From Bdellovibrionota bacterium (GTDB lineage Bacteria; Bdellovibrionota; UBA1018; UBA923): a stretch of DNA of 11,001 nucleotides. Position 1 is the stretch's first letter. Every line of letters starts with the position of its first letter. The position numbers were made by a program, and so were the translations under genes. Under the pieces are notes generated by a model. That model did not search any database, had not been told where the DNA came from, and saw only the letters and a program-made list of their open reading frames with translations. Positions 1 through 7,043 of the stretch are shown here, one piece after another. The stretch covers positions 1 to 11,001 of the forward strand of contig JBFMCE010000108.1 of NCBI GenBank assembly GCA_040754655.1, given 5' to 3'.

Positions 1-59
1 AAACCATACGACCACTATACATGACAAATGAAATCAACTTATGATATGTAAGCAGGGAC

Positions 60-647
60 ATGATCAATATTAAGGTGCCAGTTCGAATCTCTCAATACTG
101 GGCTTTGTGCTCATTGATGGCGTTCATTTTTCTCTTCAACTGCAGTGTTGCATCAGGTGCTCGGCCGCTCATTACGGATTGCTCTATCCTCTTAACAGAG
201 GCTGAAATCGAACCGTTGTCCTCTCCTTACCTGCGCGCCGGTATTAAACAGGATTTGTTCACAATACCTTCAGTGAAGGTAGAGGGGATGAAAATCGAGT
301 CCATAGTGAAGATGACCTCCACTTACACCTCGCCGACTGACCCGGGTGGATTTCATTTAAGCGCTCCTCTGGCGATGCAAATCATTTCCCAGATTGGGAT
401 CATCCATGGGCACGTATTGATGGGTTTTTCTGAAAAGAAAGCGGAAGTATGGATGAGCGATTATTCCATCAAGCACCGAAAACCTATTAGGGATCCCGAC
501 AACATCAAGGTTGAACTTGTATTGGTTGAATCGGTTCCAGTCAGGAACAATCCAGATGCTTTGTCCATGACCTATCATTTCACGATAAACGGTGATGCCG
601 CGACCGGTGAGACGAAGCTTTATTTTGATCCACCACCGAACGAGTAG
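60..647 (+). CDS. Secreted protein with N-terminal CSILLT motif and probable hotdog-fold (FcoT/thioesterase-like) domain
   Basis: 195-aa ORF. Hydrophobic N-terminus ends in ASG-A. The segment YTSPTDPGGFHLSAPLAMQIISQIGIIHG followed by beta-strand-like segments (YSIKHRKPIR, KVELVLV, MTYHFTING) resembles the central helix plus sheet of hotdog-fold proteins. Fold call is by eye. Confidence 0.65.
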   Translation: MINIKVPVRISQYWALCSLMAFIFLFNCSVASGARPLITDCSILLTEAEIEPLSSPYLRAGIKQDLFTIPSVKVEGMKIESIVKMTSTYTSPTDPGGFHLSAPLAMQIISQIGIIHGHVLMGFSEKKAEVWMSDYSIKHRKPIRDPDNIKVELVLVESVPVRNNPDALSMTYHFTINGDAATGETKLYFDPPPNE

Positions 648-683
648 AAGTCTCATTTAGGCGCGTCAACTCAAAATCATCCG

Positions 684-815
684 TCAATCATGCAACGCTT
701 TAGCGTGAACGGTGACTTTGTAATTCAGGGCTGAGAGTATTTCCACGAGCTTATCAATGGTCATATGACCTGCCTGCCCCGAAAATATCTTCGAAACGCG
801 GTCCTGGGTATGGCC
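684..815 (-). pseudogene. C-terminal remnant of an XRE/HTH_37 (HigA2-like) transcriptional regulator or antitoxin
   Basis: Minus-strand frame reads GHTQDRVSKIFSGQAGHMTIDKLVEILSALNYKVTVHAKALHD* (stop 684-686), matching the family pattern GxTQPRVSxLxxGxxxxFSIDxLxxxLxALxxxV. The frame is closed upstream by TGA at 849-851 with no ATG/GTG/TTG start before the HTH. Absent from the ORF track. Confidence 0.7.
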
Positions 816-866
816 CTGGACCAGGCTAGCGAAGCCCGTTCTTGATTTTCAACAACTTATCTAAAT

Positions 867-906
867 TTGCTTTTTGTCTAAAATATATGGTACTATAACC
901 ATATAT
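867..906 (+). promoter_or_regulatory. Sigma70-type promoter with overlapping palindromic operator for the TA operon
   Basis: TTGCTT (867-872), extended -10 TG-G-TACTAT (888-896), and a perfect 9-bp inverted repeat ATATATGGT-N6-ACCATATAT (883-906) covering the -10 and the ATG at 905. No Shine-Dalgarno, so probably leaderless. Confidence 0.7.
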
Positions 907-1209
907 GAGCGCCGAGTTGCTCTACCACAACAAAGTGACTTTGGTTCATCGACGAAATTTGGAGTTGGCGGTAGCAGAAGTAAAGGTTTGGAAGGTCCCC
1001 GAGTCGAAAGATTATCCCAAAGGGATAAAGTTTTCTCTGTTTCTAGTTTTAATGGAATCGGGAGACGTCTTGATCGGTATTGACAATCATAAACCCAAGG
1101 ACCGCACATACATAGAGGTGGAAAAGAGCTGTCGTACGATTTTAGAGGTAACGGACAACTCATTGATGATTTTTGGACTATGGTCAAAGAGGAAGGATTT
1201 GAGCTATGA
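905..1209 (+). pseudogene. DUF6516 / TumE-like toxin, frameshifted by a 1-nt deletion at about 1097-1100
   Basis: N-terminus VWKVPESKDYPKGIKFSLFLV...GIDNHKPK is typical of the family. Adding one base at CCCAAGGACCG restores GPHIHRGGKELSYDFRGNGQLIDDFWTMVKEEGFEL* (the DNHxxKGxHxH motif), with TGA 1207-1209 overlapping the next ATG (ATGA). Confidence 0.85.
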
Positions 1210-1571
1210 AACTGAAAAAAGCGAAGATCGTTATTCAATCCATTGATGATGTTAAAAGAGAGTGGAAAAAGGCGCTTGGTGGAAAACTCAAGTCAATTCA
1301 AGATGAAGGTATGATCATTTTTGTAAGCCTTGAATCGCTTTCAAAGATTATGACTTCTGAACGGTTGGAAGTTCTTTCTGTCATTCTTAAAGAAAAGCCA
1401 AAGTCGATTTACGCGCTAGCAAAACTCATTGGACGGGATTTCAAGAATGTGCATTCCGACGTCAAACTGCTTGCTGAAATTGGTCTTATTGACCTCAAAA
1501 GCCACGGAAAAAGAGAATCGCTTCAGCCCGTAGCGAAGTATTCTGGTTTTGAGCTCGACCTGGCAGCTTGA
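1206..1571 (+). CDS. HVO_A0114-like winged-HTH DNA-binding protein (putative antitoxin)
   Basis: 121 aa. FVSLESLSKIMTSERLEVLSVILKEKPKSIYALAKLIGRDFKNVHSDVKLLAEIGLI is the characteristic pattern. Translationally coupled to the repaired DUF6516 gene. Confidence 0.88.
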   Translation: MKLKKAKIVIQSIDDVKREWKKALGGKLKSIQDEGMIIFVSLESLSKIMTSERLEVLSVILKEKPKSIYALAKLIGRDFKNVHSDVKLLAEIGLIDLKSHGKRESLQPVAKYSGFELDLAA

Positions 1572-2167
1572 AAATGACTGCCTCGAACCAATTGTATCAA
1601 GGCCTTAAATCGATATGGAAGAAACTTGGCCTAAAAGGTCGGGTGAAAAACTATTCTTCAAAGCCGATTTGGGTTGTCGAAACAGAGTCTGGCAAAGCTA
1701 TCGCACATCTCTTGCCGCCAATGACGAAATCTCCTCCAAATATAGACGCGGATGGTTTTCGACGCGTGGACGGAAAACCGGTTCAAGGTCACAAATTGTG
1801 GTGGAAAATCTATGATGGCTCTACTCTTGAAGTTTTTGATGACGGCACTGACTTGAAAACCTCTGTCATAAGAAAGCGTGCGGTTGATGACACCGAGTTC
1901 GATAGTAAAGGCGTTATCATTTATGATCGATCAGAAAAATGGGCAGTATCTGTTAAATTGGTGACGGATGTGCGAAGAAACAGGAAAAGAAGAATTACAA
2001 AATATTACGTTACTGGAGATGGATGGATCAGTCCTGAGCAGGCGCTTTCCTTGGTTTGCCAGGGTGAAATTGACAATGCAAGGCCAGTATTTCCAGGCAC
2101 TGGAAAGCCTTATGTCCGAACTCGACGTGATCGGGAACTTTTCAATAACCTAGAGGTCAAAGGATAA
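1568..2167 (+). CDS. Two-domain protein: uncharacterised N-terminal domain plus C-terminal DUF3892-like domain
   Basis: C-terminal VTDVRRNRKRRITKYYV...ISPEQALSLVCQG...KPYVRTRRDRELFNNLE fits DUF3892 (YxRTxxDxxxxNNL). Start is TTG 1568 (overlapping the upstream TGA) or ATG 1574. Confidence 0.8.
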   Translation: MKMTASNQLYQGLKSIWKKLGLKGRVKNYSSKPIWVVETESGKAIAHLLPPMTKSPPNIDADGFRRVDGKPVQGHKLWWKIYDGSTLEVFDDGTDLKTSVIRKRAVDDTEFDSKGVIIYDRSEKWAVSVKLVTDVRRNRKRRITKYYVTGDGWISPEQALSLVCQGEIDNARPVFPGTGKPYVRTRRDRELFNNLEVKG

Positions 2168-2171
2168 AGCA

Positions 2172-2537
2172 ATGAAATGGCTCAAAGCATTTCTATTCAT
2201 ACTGACCTGTTTTGGCCTCATGATGACCACGAACAAAGTTCGCTTTCGATATGACTGGGAGAACGCCTTCTGGCGGACTCTAATGACTCCTTTCGTGGGA
2301 ACAATTTGGGCCGAGGGCTTTTCCGAAGAAAGGTTTGCAAAGGTTCGCGTTGGTATGTCGTTTGACGAAGTTGCCCACATTCTAGACGAACCTTTACGAA
2401 AAGACTGCAGCCAAAAGGGCTGTGGCTGGATCTACTCCAACCAGGATACTGGCACCGCCGACTACGATCGTCGATGGATAACTTTCGATGTTACAGGTCT
2501 AGTCGATGGGCTTAGGCATGAGTTTTACATCGACTAA
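2172..2537 (+). CDS. Membrane-anchored or exported BamE/SmpA(OmlA)-like domain protein (possible immunity protein)
   Basis: N-terminal hydrophobic segment. FSEERFAKVRVGMSFDEVAHILDEPL...WIYS...WITFD..G.V matches the GMxxxEVxxxLGxP SmpA/BLIP-like pattern. AAGGA SD upstream, 4 nt after the previous stop. Confidence 0.75.
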   Translation: MKWLKAFLFILTCFGLMMTTNKVRFRYDWENAFWRTLMTPFVGTIWAEGFSEERFAKVRVGMSFDEVAHILDEPLRKDCSQKGCGWIYSNQDTGTADYDRRWITFDVTGLVDGLRHEFYID

Positions 2538-2602
2538 CTTATTAAGCGATATCAGCTAGGCACGCAGTTTTAAATTCGTCCAAATAGCCCCACCAAAAAA
2601 CT

Positions 2603-2640
2603 AAAAAGCCTGCGAACAGAACTCGTGGGCTTTTTTATTT
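2603..2640 (+). terminator. Rho-independent terminator closing the 905-2537 operon
   Basis: AAAAA-GCCTGCGA-acagaac-TCGTGGGC-TTTTTTATTT: 8-bp stem with two G-U pairs and a U tract. The flanking A run allows possible bidirectional use. Confidence 0.8.
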
Positions 2641-2739
2641 TTCTGATGGGACTATCGGTTGACGAGAAGCTCGCAAGCAAAGCAAAGAGGAAGCGCCGAA
2701 CTAGAGGCGAGGTAACTGCCTTGAGAACGTCCATGCGCC

Positions 2740-3388
2740 TCAATTGTTAAAGATGTCATTCATCTTATTGAAGACCACTTCTCCAAAGTTCAGGTGAACT
2801 GAGGCTTCAAAATGTGCTCCGTCCAATTCGCTTGACTCAAGATGTTTGGAGGCGTCCAAGAAATAGACTTCTTCCTGCCGACTCATTGTTTCATAAAGTG
2901 TCACTAACTCTCGGGCAAAGGGTTCCAGACTATCGTAGTGATAATCTTCATAGATTGCATGCCGTTTGGGGATTGCCGGGACCATCACCAGAATCTTCGT
3001 TCCGTTCGGGGAGTATTCAGAACAAAGAGCTTTTGTTATTTTCACGAGATCTCGCATACGCTGGCAAATAACTTCGGGAGAAGGAAGGTATTTGGCTTTG
3101 AGGTCATTGGTACCCAACATAAAGATGACCAAATCTAAAGGAACGTGAGAGTCTAAACATGCACTAAGATAGGTTCGGCCATTTCGACCTTCACGGGTCG
3201 GATCATCAACAGCTGTGGTCCGTCCATTCAATCCTTCTTCGATGATTTGAAAAAGATTTCACGCGAGTTTTTGCAAGCGCCCGGGCCAACGGACATCAGA
3301 TGGATGTCTTTTTTTAATCCAAGTTTTGATAGGGAATGGAATCTGCCCCCCAGGTATTCGAGTCTCCGTAGCAAAGAATGGTTTTCAT
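2740..3388 (-). pseudogene. SGNH/GDSL hydrolase (arylesterase-like) with a frameshift and a premature stop
   Basis: True start ATG at 3388 gives MKTILCYGDSNTWG (block I). One extra base, most simply in the C6 run 3346-3351, shifts the frame. The other frame reads ...RHPSDVRWPGRLQKLA*NLFQIIEEGLNGRTT with in-frame TGA at 3259-3261. Blocks III (MLGTNDLK) and V (DGAHF) are intact. Confidence 0.9.
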
Positions 3389-3822
3389 TTCTTTTCCTCA
3401 TTTAAATTTTCGCTTAGCACCTTGAACGCCCAGAGCACATTATTGATTTCTTTTTTGTTCAACCCTCTAATCGCTTGATGGGTGCTGTCGTTACCAAGCT
3501 GATCAAGCTTCCGGATCACTTTTTTACCAGCTGTTGTCACTGATATCTCCTTGCATCTGGCATCATTGGGTCGCACTTCGTAAGCAATTAACTTGGCTTG
3601 GATTAGTTTCTTCACCAGTCTGCTAACAGTCGACTTATCGATCCTTAGAGCTTCTGCCACTTGTTTGGCAGATACTCCTGGGTTTTCGCTGATTTCAAAT
3701 AAGACCTGGCTTTGAGCGTAGCTAATGCCTAGGTTCGTCCATGTCATCTCGTCAAAGACTCCGTAGCCTCTTACTATTTTTCGTAAGTTCTTCCTAATCT
3801 CAGTAACTTCTTTATCTAGCAT
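3385..3822 (-). CDS. MarR family transcriptional regulator
   Basis: ISYAQSQVLFEI...SAKQVAEALRIDKSTVSRLVKKL...PNDARCKEISVTTAGK winged HTH. Its stop overlaps the SGNH start (ATGA). Confidence 0.93.
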   Translation of the reverse strand: MLDKEVTEIRKNLRKIVRGYGVFDEMTWTNLGISYAQSQVLFEISENPGVSAKQVAEALRIDKSTVSRLVKKLIQAKLIAYEVRPNDARCKEISVTTAGKKVIRKLDQLGNDSTHQAIRGLNKKEINNVLWAFKVLSENLNEEKK

Positions 3823-3842
3823 GGCAGCTTACTTACTATAAG

Positions 3843-3876
3843 TAGTTGTATTATGCAACTAGTTGTTATATACAAC
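3843..3876. promoter_or_regulatory. Tandem GTTG-N7-CAAC palindromes, probable MarR operators in the divergent promoter
   Basis: TAGTTG-TATTATG-CAACTA (3843-3861) immediately followed by GTTG-TTATATA-CAAC (3862-3876), between the divergent marR and GNAT starts. Confidence 0.75.
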
Positions 3877-3892
3877 AAATGAGGTGTTTTTC

Positions 3893-4417
3893 ATGCAGGA
3901 AGCGGAAGTAAAAATTGCCAAGTCAAAAGCAGACTATGAAATGGCGGTTTGGGTAAGAAAAAAAGTTTTCATAGAGGAACAAAAAGTCTCCGAATCCATA
4001 GAGCTCGATGAATACGAAAATACATCTGATCATTTTCTCGTTCTCTATAAAGGGAAGCCGGCAGGAGCCAGTCGGATACGCATAAAAGAGTGCTACGTAA
4101 AATTTGAGCGGATTGCGACATTGAAACCCTTTAGAGAGTTAGGCTTAGGCCGTCACTTGATGAGATTTATGGAAACTTATTCAGCCGAAAATTATCCTGC
4201 TTATTTACCGGCAATGCATGCTCAAAAACACGCTATTGGTTTTTATGAAAAATTAGGATGGGTAGGGATTGGGGAGATGTTTAGCGAAGCTGAAATTGAT
4301 CATCGACTTATGATTTACCCGCCAGCTGAAACACGAGTAAGTGAACTTCTAATCTGGACGGATCCTACTGCCAGAGAAGATATCAAGGCATATCTGAATC
4401 AGGTAATAATCAAATAG
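3893..4417 (+). CDS. GNAT family N-acetyltransferase (YjcF/ElaA-like)
   Basis: VRKKVFIEEQKV...ELDEYE...HFL...KFERIATLKPFRELGLGRHLM...HAQKHAIGFYEKLGW...F.EAEIDH. SD GAGGTG at 3881-3886 favours ATG 3893 over TTG 3863. Confidence 0.92.
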   Translation: MQEAEVKIAKSKADYEMAVWVRKKVFIEEQKVSESIELDEYENTSDHFLVLYKGKPAGASRIRIKECYVKFERIATLKPFRELGLGRHLMRFMETYSAENYPAYLPAMHAQKHAIGFYEKLGWVGIGEMFSEAEIDHRLMIYPPAETRVSELLIWTDPTAREDIKAYLNQVIIK

Positions 4418-4428
4418 AGGCAGCAGTC

Positions 4429-4560
4429 ATGAAACATATTTCTACTTGCTCATGTGGCGAAGTAACCCTGACTACCGAGAGCGAACCAACGAGAGTTTCC
4501 ATCTGTCACTGTTTCGAATATCAAAAACGCACTCGCGGCGTCTTCGGAGTTCAAGCTTCT
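4429..4560 (+). pseudogene. Truncated GFA (CENP-V/glutathione-dependent formaldehyde-activating) family gene
   Basis: TCSCGEV...EPTRVSICHCFEYQKRTRGVFGVQA matches CxCG...CHCxxCQxRTGSxFG, but the last Cys is Tyr and the Gly is Arg. Similarity ends at about 4557, and the frame runs on into the convergent gene to 4623. Confidence 0.85.
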
Positions 4561-4588
4561 CATAAAGAACTTACATGTGCAGGATCGA

Positions 4589-5407
4589 TCACATGCTTAT
4601 CTGTGTTATTGGAGCTACATTGATGATATCGGGATGCTCAAGTGCCTGTATCACCAGCTCGGGAGATCCCTTTACAACCATACTTCCCACAAGAGGCCGA
4701 AAGGTAGTTGTAAGGCCCAACGCTTCTAGTTCCTTTAGTTTTATTAGAAGGTCGGTGTACTCTTTAGAAGCCACCTCAAGGAAAATCTCCCTTGGAGTTC
4801 GTCCTTGAAACTCAGGAGCATCCCGGGCAATTCTAAAGGCAGGTTTAATATCCCTTAAAATACAATCAACCTCGACTTGTTTGCTACCCTCGGGTCCTGT
4901 CAAATCCCAAAGGACTTTGGCCTGTATTTTAGAGTGAACTCCCTCAGGGAGTTTTATTGAAGGGACATATTTATCTGCACCTATGACATCAGGGCTTTCA
5001 AGCACAGTTGCAACTGCGGTATCTGTGCCTTTAAGCAAGAAGTACCCCTGAGCAAACCCATTGGAGGGAATATAATAAGAACCACCACTATGTCCCAATC
5101 TACCTAAGCGGCTCAAAAGATCTTGTAGGACGCTTCCTGTACCCTCGTGAGTTTTACCCTTAATATCTACGTGGACCATAATTGAGATGTGCTCGTTATC
5201 AGCAGCAAGTTTTCTGAGAGAATCGGCTAATAATGTTGTCAGTTTAAATGAGACTGCCGGACTAGTTAACAATAATGAGCATTTAGACGAGACATTGCCG
5301 TCAGAATCACTGTTTGCGAAAAGATTTTTTGTGCCAGTGAAAAATATACAGAAGGTTAATATGGCACAAACCAAAAAACGATTTACAAAAAATGTCCGGA
5401 TAAACAT
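4589..5407 (-). CDS. Secreted protein with CSLLLT motif and two repeats resembling subtilase propeptide (inhibitor I9-like) domains
   Basis: 272 aa. Signal peptide ends about NLFA. Internal repeat: KLTTLLADSL..ISIMVHVD..FLLKGTDTAVATVLESPDVIGA versus KIQAKVLWDL..VEVDCILRD..MVVKGSPELVIQALEHPDIINV. Confidence 0.7.
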   Translation of the reverse strand: MFIRTFFVNRFLVCAILTFCIFFTGTKNLFANSDSDGNVSSKCSLLLTSPAVSFKLTTLLADSLRKLAADNEHISIMVHVDIKGKTHEGTGSVLQDLLSRLGRLGHSGGSYYIPSNGFAQGYFLLKGTDTAVATVLESPDVIGADKYVPSIKLPEGVHSKIQAKVLWDLTGPEGSKQVEVDCILRDIKPAFRIARDAPEFQGRTPREIFLEVASKEYTDLLIKLKELEALGLTTTFRPLVGSMVVKGSPELVIQALEHPDIINVAPITQISM

Positions 5408-5517
5408 GACTTGTGCGGTATCCTAGCCTTCGGTATCCGTCAAGACATTGAAGGAACAGCATAAGAATGAGCTGGAAATACCCAGAGGCGACGAATATTA
5501 AATCCAAGAGAGCAAGA

Positions 5518-6288
5518 TTATGGCGAGGTTATTTCAAAAAGTTCTTCTGAGAGCTGTTTTAGCTCATTGTATTTTTCTTTCTTCGACGTCAGATAACGCC
5601 ACTGTATCAACGAATAATTGATTTGCCTCGCGATCAGTTCTTGCTCTGGCCTTTCCGCGGCGGGGAGGTTGGCGATTTTCCGGAGCACTTCAACTTGGCG
5701 TTTTCCAAACATTCCCCTCGAAAGATATTCATGTCGCGCCGGTGAGGCATCGACGGCTTTAAAAAAAAGAACGTAAGCACCCGCCTTTGATGAATGTTCG
5801 GCCAGATCTTCGATCGCCCTGAAAATTTTGATTGAACGATCAAAACGTTGTGAAGGCCTAAGCGCGGCGATGATTCGCAGCCCTTCTTCGAAGGCCAGCG
5901 CCGGCTCGAGTAGGGTAAGGCTTCGGACGATGTTTTCGGTCAGTGAAAGTGACAATGCGAGCTTGGTATCATGGATTTTATCTATATTACGGACGGCTAG
6001 AAAATATTCGGCTGTTGAAGGCGAAGAGGTCACAAATGGATCGCGGAGATAGGCCAGCAATGCATCAATATCCTCTTGGGACCGATTTCCTCGTCCTTCA
6101 CGCAAAATAGGCGGCGTATTCCTAATAATGTCTTCGGCGCTACTCCAGCGAAGTGTTTGCAGGTAGGGTACGGTCAAATAAAGGGCGCACGTCGCATCGT
6201 GCGGCGTGGGCGTGCCTCGCGGGTCGACTCCATAACTACGGATCGTGAAGATTGATGTAAGAATGAACGCAATGAGAATAACACGCAT
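5518..6288 (-). CDS. Secreted hypothetical, largely helical protein with CALYLT motif
   Basis: Long ORF. ATG 6288 gives a clean signal peptide MRVILIAFILTSIFTIRSYG, preferred over TTG 6324. No family recognised. Confidence 0.7.
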   Translation of the reverse strand: MRVILIAFILTSIFTIRSYGVDPRGTPTPHDATCALYLTVPYLQTLRWSSAEDIIRNTPPILREGRGNRSQEDIDALLAYLRDPFVTSSPSTAEYFLAVRNIDKIHDTKLALSLSLTENIVRSLTLLEPALAFEEGLRIIAALRPSQRFDRSIKIFRAIEDLAEHSSKAGAYVLFFKAVDASPARHEYLSRGMFGKRQVEVLRKIANLPAAERPEQELIARQINYSLIQWRYLTSKKEKYNELKQLSEELFEITSP

Positions 6289-6474
6289 TCGCAACCATCT
6301 AACCGAAATGGCAAACCTTCTCAAGTCGGATAGATTGCTCGAATGATCGAGAAGCTGTGTAAAAAATTAGCGTTCATTTTCCTTTGAGACCGTATCGAGG
6401 GTCTTCTATATTGCCCCAGATCCTTAACAGGCGAAACTTTCGACCGCCTGAAGAAAGGTTTAATGCCCCAGTGG

Positions 6475-6903
6475 TCACGTCCTGTTTTTTTTCTTCTGAT
6501 CCAAGGCCTCTTTCATTGGGCAGCGGAAGATCTGCCTTACGATCTCTTTATAAGGGCTGGCGAAAAAGGCGAGATAAATTTCAAGGGCTCCGATGAGCAA
6601 CGCCATAGGCATTCCGCTCGGAGCCAGGAAAAGATGCACAAAGAAAATATTGATGATGATCGGAGCCAGTACGACTAGTGCAAGAGGCACGAAGGCGCCG
6701 ATCAAGAGCAATAGTCCGCAGATCACTTCGGTGGCCTTGAGAAAAGGAAAGAAATAGCCTGTGGCCATAAGGCCAGTCGTGAAGGCCTGAAGTTTTTCCG
6801 GCAAGTTTGGGGGTACGGGAATGAAATTAAGAAAACCATTCAGTCCAAACACGAAAAAAATGAGCCCCAAAAGAATACGAGCGATCAACGGTAGTTTGCT
6901 CAT
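6475..6903 (-). CDS. DoxX family membrane protein
   Basis: ARILLGLIFFVFGLNGFLNFIP...GYFFPFLKATEVICGLLLL...PLALVVLAPIIINIFFVH. AGGAG SD ahead of ATG 6903. Confidence 0.9.
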   Translation of the reverse strand: MSKLPLIARILLGLIFFVFGLNGFLNFIPVPPNLPEKLQAFTTGLMATGYFFPFLKATEVICGLLLLIGAFVPLALVVLAPIIINIFFVHLFLAPSGMPMALLIGALEIYLAFFASPYKEIVRQIFRCPMKEALDQKKKNRT

Positions 6904-7043
6904 GGAATCTCCTTTTGTATAGGCTACGGGTTTCATTGGTTTTTACAAGCCGAAGTGTTGCAAATGCTTTTTATTATCTAAAGGGGATGGAAGTCGGCAG
7001 GTTTTTGCTGCAAGTTGGCGCAACAAAATCGGCCACTATTGCA

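Noticed and set aside
180..197. Reading the shared Cys motif as a standard lipoprotein lipobox
   Set aside because: The residues before Cys (ITD, SSK, DAT, SRA) do not fit [LVI][ASTVI][GAS]C and a polar linker separates the Cys from the hydrophobic region.
728..775. GGCTGAGA resembling a TPP riboswitch, and the perfect palindrome GGTCATATGACC (759-770)
   Set aside because: The remaining TPP core is absent, and the segment is explained as antisense of the XRE remnant coding sequence.
1088..1103. Programmed -1 frameshift in the toxin gene
   Set aside because: No X-XXY-YYZ slippery heptamer in the correct phase and no obvious downstream stimulator.
2646..2750. Small basic ORF MGLSVDEKLASKAKRKRRTRGEVTALRTSMRLNC
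   Set aside because: It lies just after a terminator, has no SD or recognisable motif, and overlaps the SGNH stop.
3259..3261. In-frame TGA at an expected Gly as a sign of TGA recoding (code 25) or selenocysteine
   Set aside because: TGA ends several intact genes at their expected family ends (1571, 3385, 9816) and the same gene also has a frameshift, so a nonsense mutation is simpler.
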